Source of the DNA: Squalus acanthias
Lineage: Eukaryota
Length of the DNA stretch: 64,000 nucleotides
Direction: 5' to 3'
NCBI GenBank assembly: GCA_030390025.1
Contig: CM059432.1
Coordinates: 115,322,001-115,386,000 of the forward strand
Shown in pieces: positions 51,736 through 62,095 of the stretch (within the stretch, counting starts at the first letter, position 1; each line of letters opens with the position of its first letter). Under the pieces are notes generated by a model, which saw only the letters and a list, made by a program, of their open reading frames with translations, was not told where the DNA came from and searched no databases. Made by a program: the position numbers and the translations under genes.

Positions 51736-52071
51736 AGAAGCTTCTAAATATCGTTCGAAGGAAGGTGAAATAAAAATGAACCTCCAAAGTGGTTCTCAGG
51801 ACCCAAAACTCCTTCGGACAGTGTCGAATCTCTCCAGACGTCTCTCTCCCTCTCAACCTGCATGTTCCAAAAATTCCGCCGACAAGAAAAAGCAGGAAGC
51901 GCCCGCCTATAAATAGCGCTCCCCCAGCCCCTTCCAGACTTGAAAACATTTCCCTCTACCTGTCGTTCCTAGCGGCAGGTGGAAAGGCAGGGGGCGCGAC
52001 TCAATATCTAGTCCGGGGCGCTACCAGGGCATTGCACACTCGACTGATGTCATGATCTGTGGGCGCAGGAG

Positions 52072-53418
52072 ATCATAGAAAACATAGAAAACATAGTAAA
52101 ATAGGAGCAGGAGTAGGCCATTCGGCCCTTCGAGCCTGCTCCGCCATTCAATATGATCATGGCTGATCCTCTATCTCAATACCATATTCCCACTCTCTCC
52201 CCATACCCCTTGATGCCTTTTGTGTCTAGAAATCTATCTATCTCCTTCTTAAATATATTCAGTGACTTGGCCTCCACAGCCTTCTGTGGTAGAGGATTCC
52301 ATAGGTTCACCACCCTCTGAGTGAAGAAATTTCTCCTCATCTCAGTCCTAAATGTCCTACCCCTTATCCTGAGACTGTGACCCCTCGTTCTAGACCCCCC
52401 AGCCAGGGGAAACATCCTCCCTGCATCCAGTCTGTCTAGCCCTGTCAGAATTTTATACCTTTCAGTGAGATCCCCTCTCATTCTTCTAAACTCTAGTGAA
52501 TACAGGCCTAGGCGACCCAATCTCTCCTCATACGACAGTCCTGCCATCCCAGGAATCAGTCTGGTGAACCTTCGCTGCACTCCCTCTATGGCAAGTATAT
52601 CCTTTCTTGGGTAAGGAGACCAAAACTGCACACAGTACTCCAGGTGTGGTCTCACCAAGGCCCTGTATAACTGTAGTAAGACATCCTTGCTCCTGTACTC
52701 AAATCCTCTTGCAATGAAGGCCAACATACCATTTGCCTTCCTAATTGCTTGCTGCACCTGCATGTTTGCTTTCAGTGACTGGGGTACAAGGACACCCAAG
52801 TCCCTCTGTACATCAACATTTCCCAATCTATCACCATTTAAATAATACTCTGCCTTTCTGTTTTTCCCACCAAAGTGGATAACTTCACATTTATCCACGT
52901 TATACTGCATCTGCCATGTATTTGCCCACTCACTCAACTTGTCTAAATCGCCTTGAAGCCTCTTTGCATCCTCCTCATAACTCACAATCCCACCTAGTTT
53001 CGTGTCGTCAGTAAACTTGAAAATATTACATTTGGTTCCCTCATCCAAATCACTGATATATATTGTGAATAGCTGGGGCCTAAGCACTGATCCCTGCGGT
53101 ACCCCACTAGTCACCGCCTGCCACCCCGAAAAAGACTCATTTATTCCTACTCTCTGTTTCCTGTCTGTTAACCAATTTTCAATCCATGCCAGTATATTAC
53201 CCCCAATCCCATGTGCTTTAATTTTGCACACTAACCTCTTATGTGGGACTTTATCAAAGGCCTTCTGAAAATCCAAATACACCACATCCACTGGTTCTCC
53301 CTTATCTGTTCTACCAGTTACATCCTCAAAAAACTCCAGTAGGTTTGTCAAACACGATTTCCCTTTCATAAATCCATGTTGACTTTGTCTAATCCCGTTG
53401 ATATTTTCGAAGTGTCCA
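52072..53418 (-). mobile_element. CR1 LINE, 5'-truncated, with an open RT frame
   Basis: ORF 52176-53459 (427 aa) with DFQKAFDKVPH, GVPQGSVL and FTDDTKL; tail (TTTTCTATG)n. Confidence 0.95.
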
Positions 53419-53947
53419 GTAGTGTTTAGCGCCGCCGCAAAACGACTGGTCAATTTCACAAGCGGTGCTAAAATCGCCGCGCTCAGGCGCTAAGTTCCTA
53501 GCGCCCCGTTAGCATTAACCAACCGAATTTTTCACCCAAAGTGTTTGCCACTTCCTTGATGTGTGGACTTAAGACTGCTAGATGCGGCAGATGTCTCCTG
53601 GAGTGGCTTGGAGGGATCTGACAGCACAAATGTTTCATACTGTTATTACATTCGCTTCTACATAAAGAGCCATCCTGATTCAGATGTTATCTGCAGGTCA
53701 CCTTACAGCAGATGGCACAACTCTGTTGTATTCTTTCTTATGAAGTGGAAGGGGCAAAGACAAGACGCCTCTGGCATATCTATATTTGTGTGACGGGATC
53801 TATAAATACAGGCCCTGGGACAGTGATGGGTCCAGCCCAAATGATTCAGGATTCAGGTTTATAATTACACCTACAATTAATTAGAAGAAAAGGAGCTCAA
53901 TTCTGGAACAGTCCTGCCATTGGTGTAGAAGTTAATCTGCAGATCTC

Positions 53948-54146
53948 AAAAAAAAGAAAGACTTGCATTTATATAACACCTTTCATGACCACCGGACGTC
54001 CCAAAGTGCTTTACAGCCAATGAAGTACTTCTTGAAGTGTAGTCACTGTTGTAATGTGGGAAACGCGGCAGCCAATTTGCGCACAGCAAGCTCCCACAAA
54101 CAGCAATGTTATAATGACCAGATAATCTGTTTTAGTGATGTTGATT
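53948..54146 (-). mobile_element. Deu-domain SINE 3' fragment
   Basis: Closely similar to 6993-7190. Confidence 0.85.
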
Positions 54147-54510
54147 ATTCTTTCCTTAATAATTATATAACCAAAACTTTAACAGTAAATAGACAGGGTG
54201 GGGCAGGCGGGCGAGAGAACAAACACCTTCAGCCGTGCATGTTTCCTACAATTGGGGACAAAAGGATGGGTTTTCAACTTACTTCCTAGGCAGACAATGG
54301 TGCTGCGGATTGGCTGCCCCTTATAGAAAATGCCCAATTTTTATTGTGATTGATTTCAACGGAAATGAAAATCGAGCAGTTTTCGTGACGGTCGCCAGTT
54401 TTACGCTGGGGCGATAAGTAAAACATCTACCTCAAAGACTTTTTAAGGGGAAGAAAAGCATCCAGCCCGTACTTGCTACTCTGAATCAGTTGTTAGAGAT
54501 ATCCTTCAAA

Positions 54511-54965
54511 GTCAGCTGTGGCTCAGTGGGTAGCACACTCACCTCTGAGTCAGAAGGTTGTAGGTTCAAGTCCCACTCCAGGGGCATGAACACATAAAGC
54601 TAGGCTGACACTCCAGTGCAGTGCTGAGGGGGTGCTGCACTGTCGGAGGTGCCGTCTTTCGGATGAGATGTTAAACTGAGGCCCCATCTGCTCTCTCAGG
54701 TGGACATAAAAGATCCCATGGCACTATTTCGAAGAAGAGTAGGGGAGTTATCCCCGGTGTACTGGCCAATATTTATCCCTCAACCAACATAACAGAAACA
54801 TATTATCTGGTCATTATCACATTGCTGTTTGTGGGACCTTGCTGTGTGCAAATTGGCTGCCGTGTTTCCCACATTACAACAATGACTCCACTTCATTGAC
54901 TGTAAAGTGCTTTAAGACGTCTGGTGGTCGTGAAATGGAGCTATATAAAAGCAAGTCTTTCTTTC
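54511..54965 (+). mobile_element. Full-length tRNA-derived Deu-domain SINE
   Basis: A box tggctcagtgg and B box ggttcaagtcc; Deu core; direct repeat ttcaaagtcagc at 54505-54516 and 54963-54974. Confidence 0.9.
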
Positions 54966-55324
54966 AAAGTCAGCAGGAACAGTTACTTCAGTTTCTGGAA
55001 GACCAAGTCCAGCAGTAACACATTTAAATGTATAGTTCACAGCCCAGGCAGAGAGCAGACTATTTTCTGGTGGTAGTAATGTTTTATGTTGGATTCAATT
55101 TCTAGAAAATCCTTCATCTCTAGAAAGCAAATGGGTAAGAATCTATACCACAAACTACACTGGGCTGCTTCAGTTTGCAGAGGCTCAGTTATCTGTAAGT
55201 ATGTTATGGAACCACTGCACTCAGAGATGGAGAAGTGTGTTGAATAGGAAAGTACAGAGAGAGGATGAAAGAGTGAATGAGAAAGGAAGGTAAAAGAGAG
55301 AAAAGATGGAGAGACCCCTAGGTC

Positions 55325-56448
55325 CTCTCATACTTCTTCCGACAGCTGGTTATAACTTCTCTGCTTTCAATTCAGTTCCTCTAGGAATGAATCCCAGTGC
55401 TTTGTTTGCATTTTTATGGCCTTGTTGCTACTTTTAATGATTTGTGTATCTGTACCCCTTGGCTCGTCTATCCCATTTAGACTCTTCGGGGCAAAAATTG
55501 GCTCACCCCCCCCCCCCGCCCCCAACCTTTGGAGCGATAACTTCACCGGGGCACTACTTTTAGTGCCCTGAAAAGGTTAACGCCCCGTGCCCGAAATTGA
55601 CTGGTAGCGCGCCAAGCAGGAGGTGGGGCACTACTGGAAGCGCTCCCCCTCCCTCTTGGGACGCTCCCATTGAATATCGCGGCGCTACATGCAGCAGCAC
55701 CACGTGCGTCGGCACATAGCGCCGCGGTACTGCAGGCCTCCCTCCCCTGATTAAAGGGGAGGGGCCTAGCGCAGCGCGCACCGAGGAGTGCCGGGCTGCC
55801 CGATCGCGGCCGGCACCCCACAAGAGGAGGCCAGAGGGGGCAGGTGCTGGCTGGCAGCCCAAAAAGAAATGGCCGCCCGGCACCTGCCCTTTAATTTACG
55901 CCGCCCCGGCCGCAAAACCGCCACCGTGACCCTGTCGGACATAGCGTGCGGCAATAGGTCAGGGGGCGCGAGTGAAGTTTGCGGCAGGGGCGCTGCACAC
56001 GGTGATGACGTAATTGCCGGAGGTGCAGTGCTACGGGGTGCTACCACCACCGCTAACATCCCGCTGAATTTCACGGGAGGTGTTAGTGGCACTGCGCCCA
56101 GACGCTAACGGGAGGCACAAAGCAACAGAATTTTTCCCCCTTATTTTCCGAGGAGTATGTGGCCTCTTCATTCCTCCTGCCAAATTGCACCGCCTCACAC
56201 TTAACTATATTGAAATTTATTTGACATTTACAAGCCCATTCTGCAAGTTTATTAACATCTTCTTGTATTTTGTTGCAGCCTTCCTCAGTAGTAACTATAC
56301 CGCACCCCAATTTGGTGTCATCCACAAAAGTTTGAAATTGTACTTCTGATTCCAGAGTCCGAATCGTTTATATAAATGGTGAAGCAGTGGTCAGCATCGA
56401 TCACTGTGTAACACCACTTCCCACCTTCCACCAGTCTGAGTAACTACT
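55325..56448 (-). mobile_element. Degraded CR1 RT fragment split by a MITE
   Basis: DDTKLG...IQEDVNKLAEWA...YSSENK continues as SLNGIDE on the far side of the MITE. Confidence 0.75.
55488..56140. mobile_element. GC/CpG-rich non-autonomous Harbinger-type element (653 bp)
   Basis: TIRs GGGGCAAAAATTG / GGGGGAAAAATTC; TSD TTC/TTA; removing it restores the CR1 frame. Confidence 0.82.
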
Positions 56449-57865
56449 TTACGATTCATTTTTATATTCCTTGATAGTTTAATTTTGTAGTTGCTTTTTG
56501 TTTTCCTAATTGTTTTTTTTACTATGGGTGCTCAGAAAATAGGCCCTCCCGAATTTCTAGGCCCCAGTATTTAACACTGGTACCGTGAAGCCATAAGACT
56601 TTTTACTGGCAAAGGAGACTTCATTATACATGAGCAGAGATTCAGGGTTGCAGTGTTGTAGCCCTATCTTTGATCTGAGCTCACATCTAGTACTGTCCTT
56701 GAGACTTAATGCTGAACCCAGCTAAGACTGAGTTCTAAAACAAAGCTTTTTTCTTGATACAAAAATAATGAACACATAATGCTATTCCATTTCAGTGGGT
56801 TGTCTCACTTATCTTTTTCGTATTGTTTCCTGTAGCCCAGAGCACAACCTTCTCTCCCTACAGTGTACATTCTTTAACCTTTCATAGCACCGATTATTTT
56901 TTTGATGTCTGTATTTCTCATCTTAACCCCTCCCCCCACCCCCACTTCAGAGATAAACAGAAATCCAAAGGTTTTCCAACACAATGGGAGCAAGGTGTTT
57001 TTTGAATACCCAAACTAATGAATCATATATTGTTTAGTCTCTGGGAAAAAACAGCTTCAGTTTAGCATATTACCTCATCTGGCTGCCCTTTTTAAAGTTT
57101 GTGAGAATACACATTGCTTTTAAAAACCCAGCATTGAAAGGAATGCTTTTCCCAATCTTTTCTGAGGGGAAAAATGTAAAAAAAAATCCTTACACACGTC
57201 TTCTTTGCATGAGTAAAGTTGGGAAAATAAGGATAATTTTTGCGAGGCCCTGTGGTACTTCATAAATTTACCCTATACAGCAGTGTTAGAGATATAACTT
57301 TATATTGGTGTGCATTTCCTGATGTCTGGTAAACGAAGAGTTAAATGATTTTAACCAATGCTGCACTTTACTCAAGCTTTTGGTTGAATATTTTCTTAAT
57401 ATCATTCAGGTTAATGTAGGGCAATTCAGCATTACCCAAATGCAGCATCATATATTAAACCCAAACATACAAGAAGTAAATTGTAATATATATTTATACA
57501 GTTCCTCTATTAACTGTGGACATCATAACATCAGGTTCTCCCAGCTGTAATGGATGCAAATTTCAGGAAATTGAATTTCCAATCATATTGGGGCTCAGGT
57601 CCTGGGACCTGGAGGAGTAGACCTGCCACTGGAAGCTGAATTCTTCCCATTTGGATTCAAATAACCCTGAAAGCCAAAAGCCTAATGGGCAGGGTGGTCC
57701 TGACTGGACAGGCAGTGGGAGGTTTACCAGTGCTTGGTGCTGGAGGTTGCAAAACTAAACTCCTTAAACTCCAAAGCTTTGGTACTTGCCAACCTATGCC
57801 TAAGCTCTCTGGACTTGGGTAAGTGGGGTGTCTCTCTACAGGCAGTAAATGTGCACTCCATAACA

Positions 57866-59024
57866 AAAATGAGAAGTCGCACAACACCAGGTTATAGTCC
57901 AACCGATAACGGGTAACTCGTAAGAACGGGATATGACGCTCGACTCGTCGATCGACAGTTCCGACGGGCCACAGCGAAAAACCGCATAGACCTCCTCAGA
58001 AGACGAACACGGGACACAACCAACAGAGTACCCTACGTCGTCCAGTACTTCCCCGGAGCGGAAAAACTACGCCATGTTCTTCGCAGCCTTCAACATGTCA
58101 TCGATGACGACGAACACCTTGCTAAGGCCATCCCCACGCCTCCACTACTCGCCTTCAAGCAGCCGCCTAACCTCAAAAGTACCATCGTTCGCAGCAGATT
58201 ACCCATCTTTCAGGAGAACAGCAACCAAGACACCACACAACCCTGCCACGGCAACCTCTGCAAGACATGACAAATCATGGACACAGATACCATCATCACA
58301 CGTGAGGACACTACCCACCAGGTACACGGTACATACTCATGTGACTCGGCCAACGTTGTCTACCTGATACGTTGCAGTAAAGGATGCTCCAGAGCATGGT
58401 ACATCGGCGAGACCATGCAGACACTGAGACAACGTATGAACGGACACCGCGCAACAATCGCCAGGCAGGAGGGTTGCCTCCCAGTCGGGGAACACTTCAG
58501 CAGCCAGGGGCATTCAGCCTCGGATCTGCGGGTAAGCGTTCTCCAAGGCGGCCTTCGGGATACACGACAGCGCAAAATCATAGAGCAGAAACTGATAGCC
58601 AAGTTCCGCACTCATGAGGATGGCCTCAATCGTGATATCGGGTTCATGTCACGATACAGAACGTGACTTGACATCATGGCCGGTCTTCCCAGGTGTTTTT
58701 TTTTAAAAAGACTAACACAAGAACCAACACAAATTGACAGGATATGCAGCCAGCAGGTGGTTTGACACGTTGGACCCCCTGGGACACATCTCATTGTCTT
58801 GGCTGTGCTCTTAGTGTGTCTTTGATGTAGGGAAAGATTTGAATAGATTTTGTCTGTGTTTAAATTGTGAATTCTGGGAGATTCTCTCACTGCTAACTTA
58901 CCTGAGGAAGGAGCGAACCGCTCCGAAAGCTTGTAAAATTAAATAAATCTGTTGGACTATAACCTGGTGTTGTGCGACTTCTCATTTTTGTCCACCCCAG
59001 TCCAACGCCGGCATCTCCACATCA
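57866..59024 (+). mobile_element. Penelope-like retroelement, 5'-truncated, GIY-YIG endonuclease end
   Basis: ORF 58277-58666 NVVYLIRC..C..WYIGET..LRQRMNGH..VGEHF..EQKLI..GLN; 14-bp TSD tgcactccataaca (57852-57865, 59025-59038); 41-bp inverted terminal copy. Confidence 0.93.
58898..58936 (+). ncRNA. Minimal type I hammerhead ribozyme motif in the Penelope pLTR
   Basis: UUAC-CUGAGGA-A-GGAGCG-AAC-CGCUCC-GAAA-GC-UU-GUAA. Confidence 0.82.
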
Positions 59025-59599
59025 TGCACTCCATAACAGGCAAGAGACAATCTACCTGCAGGAGATTCTCAATTGCTTGTAAATCCTTAAACATTGGCAT
59101 GGGTTTCTGTGCATGTCTCGCTCCCAGTAACCAAAAAACCCCTTTAAAACGTGTTTTGATTATAGCTTGAGAACTAATCTAAATAAAAGGTTCTTTCTAA
59201 TATGGCATCGATGTATTTAAGAAGGATTACTGTATGGAACCAAGTGGCGCAAAGATAGTGCACCTTGGAATGGTAAAAGATGGGCTTGTGTCTGTGATTC
59301 CCCACGTGGCCAGTTCCAGTTTTGGTCAGACCAGCTGATGATTCTGTGCTCAGGTGAAATCCCAAGTGGAAAACTGGTGGGAGGTGATTCATACTTATCC
59401 AACGAGAATAGGCTGACCCTGCCAGTTTCCGTGGTCAGCCTAATTAACATAGTGATAGCAAGCTCTCGGCATTAGAAACATCAATCAAATTAGAGTGGCA
59501 CAAAAGGCTCTTGCAACCAGCAATATATTGACCTCTGCATTATCTTCAGGCTGCAGTTATTCATCCTCTTGTGGATGTCCTTGCCCCCATGTGACCATT

Positions 59600-60750
59600 C
59601 ATCATCTAAGGCCTCATGAGAAGGTCTCTTTGTAAGGTGCAATTGTGCAACATGCAGCACAGAACCACAATCCTTGAGATCTGTGCTGGACTACACTGCA
59701 GAATGCCTCCAGATCAAGCCAGGAAGGTGAAGCACGCCTTCAACGTGCCTGTGGTGTGCCCCATGATAGATCTGGTGGATGAATTGACTTTGTTGTAGGG
59801 CTGCTCAGCCTGGAAAGTACACAGGTGTCATCAACTAGAGGATAGCTTTAATCTCTAAGAATCCACCCTGATTTATGAGGCAAGATGAAACAATCTGGCT
59901 CTTCTCAGTATTCCACAGTAATGTGTGAACAATTTCACGCTATGACATAACTGGTGTTACATTGACCATGAGCAAGAAAATCAGGTTCCAAACTTCACAA
60001 GAACATTCATTTTCATGTAGCTCTCATTTTAAATTTAACCAATAAATGAAAAGAAACTAAGTCTTAAATCTTAGTACACTGTGAAGTTCCTGTAATTCAT
60101 TCGATTCAGTCATAAAATTTGTCATTGTGGACATCAGTGGCCACTGTTACTGATAACATGACATTCACACTAATAGACTAATATTCATGGCAGAACCAGC
60201 AGTTGGCCATCATTGCTGGGTAATAATAGCTATTAATAACTGAAGATCAATGGCTGATTCCCAATGGGTGGTGTCTCAAATCACTGCCAACTAGTCCTCC
60301 TCCACCGACCATGTGCATGCAGCACAGGCCTGGGTCAGGTTTCGCCTCTGCTACATAGCGGGTGAGGCGACTGTTGCGCCCACGCGATGACATCAGCGGT
60401 AGGCCTGATTGATTGTGGTGGTTGGGCCTCATTCAGTGACAACAGGCATGCTGCCATCGCTAACCATGCTGCTGATAGGCAGCTTGCCATTTGGGAGGGT
60501 GGGAAATCAGACAGGGCAGCCGATCATTATGTGCCTACAGCAGCACCTTAAAGGTGGATGCATCGGAATGAATTGGAGCAGCAGTTTTCAGCAGTAGGGA
60601 AATTTTTGTAGCACCCACAGCAGCAAGGAAATAAAATAATTGGAAGCTTTTAAACAAGCAAGGCTCAAAAGAGGGCAGAAAAAAATTAGTGCCAGACCTG
60701 CTTCAAGTTTCCCCTGATTGCAGCTAACGATCCCTTCAAATAGCACCGTA
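59600..60750 (-). pseudogene. Very degraded Harbinger transposase remnants
   Basis: 59700-59780 resembles the 'EQTIGxLKxRFxxLDRSG' coding region; cccttcaaatagcac upstream motif at ~60732. Confidence 0.4.
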
Positions 60751-62095
60751 ACTGGTCGACTCCCGAACTGTATCGACCATGGTTTATGGATGGGTTGGGG
60801 AAGTAACGGTAGCAGTGCGGGTTAAGGTGGAAATGGCTTTGGGAGGTCCCGACAACCTCAGTTGACCCCTATTAGTTTATATTTATTAGGTCGCCCGCCA
60901 GTTTTTGGCAGGTCTGCTGCCCGCCTAAATCGAGGTCTATCTCAAAATGGGCAGACCTCCAGCGGTAAGTCGGTGTTTTTTTGTTGTTGCAAGTTTTGTC
61001 CCTCTACCGCTCCATTACAGTTCCAGGTGTAAACAGACAGTAGCAAGACAAAGATCACCCCCTTAGTATCACAGTGTACACAACTTTACAGAATATCTTA
61101 AATAAGCTTGCAAAATCAGTCACTGCGCGGTACAAGCAAAAGGCATGATGGCATTCAGTGGTTTGTTGAAAAATAAATGAATTTAATTGGACACCTATGA
61201 CTTACCTGCTGTTCAGATGGCTGAGTTATAGGGGTCCAACTATGCATCACTCGCACTATGTCACTCAGTGTTTTATTTTGCAATAAGTATCATGTCCCAT
61301 ATTTTATCTCTTTTTTTTTACATATTTCTTAGGAATCAAGCACAAATTTAACCCTTTCAGCCCAACGGGAACGGGGCAGGCAGGTGGTTAACTTAGCGGT
61401 AGAGTACTTACCGCTGTGTTCCTGATGAGCGCCGGTCCGCCGCCATCTTAACCGTGCACATGTGATCGGCCGCTGCACCCAGCAGAGGCAGGCGACGCCC
61501 ACATGAATGCATGTAAATCGGGGTCCTGAGACAATTAGGACCCCAAAGCCATTTTTATGCAAAAAGCATGGCAGCCCCGGCCAGTGCCCAACCCACCAGT
61601 AAATCTCTCAGAGCCACTGAGGCAATATTTAAGGAGCACTAAGCTGCAGGTAATTGGATCAGAGGATCTTTGCGCTATTTGGATTTCCAGGAGAGTTTCC
61701 AACTTCCAGATCATTTCTTTCTGAGATGTGCTGCCTTAATAAGCTTTATCCGCTTATCATTGCTTTTATTGCCAGCTTCATTTGGATGGAGGAACATTTG
61801 GAGGAAGAGGAGCCGCCTCGGCAACCAACGGATTTCTGTCATCAGGCTGGGACCAAGGTCCAAGCGGAAAGGATAAATATGGCTGTAGAAAGGACTTTAA
61901 GCCAATAAAAGTGGTGAGGGCTCAGGCAGAAATAATAATAAAAGTAAAAATAGTCTAAAGATAAAAAAAAAGGATGAGAGCGAAGTCCAGATTATAAATA
62001 GTGTTAAAGATAATATAATTGCTTCAGGTTCAGAAAAAAAATGTAGGAAATAATAAACTAACTGATAAAAATACAACAGGAGTGATGACAAACAA

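Larger units (their letters stand above)
47786..53537. mobile_element. PIF/Harbinger copy 5 (full length, with a CR1 insertion)
   Basis: TIRs GGGGGAGAAACTGGGT / GGGTGAAAAATTCGGT; TSD ATA/AAA; both genes nearly intact. Confidence 0.9.
47390..53790 (-). pseudogene. Old Harbinger transposase remnant split by copy 5 (pieces ~47390-47785 and 53538-~53790)
   Basis: GSLQATPGDICRI lies right of copy 5 and NRK(V)F left of it; the rejoined empty site reads EVANTLFAKSNVFMTF. Confidence 0.65.

Noticed and set aside
51089..51916. 275-aa plus-strand ORF as a third transposon gene
   Set aside because: It is the antisense shadow of the GC-rich transposase, has no recognisable motifs, and is not kept open over this length in the other copies
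52176..53459. 427-aa ORF as a functional RT gene
   Set aside because: It is a 5'-truncated CR1 with no endonuclease; its apparent start codon comes from flanking Harbinger sequence
54511..54582. tRNA gene
   Set aside because: The tRNA-like A/B boxes continue into the SINE body and tail, so this is a SINE head
61201..61290. Minus-strand exon ending at a strong CAG|GTAAGT donor
   Set aside because: No convincing acceptor upstream, the frame is closed by a stop, and the peptide was not recognised
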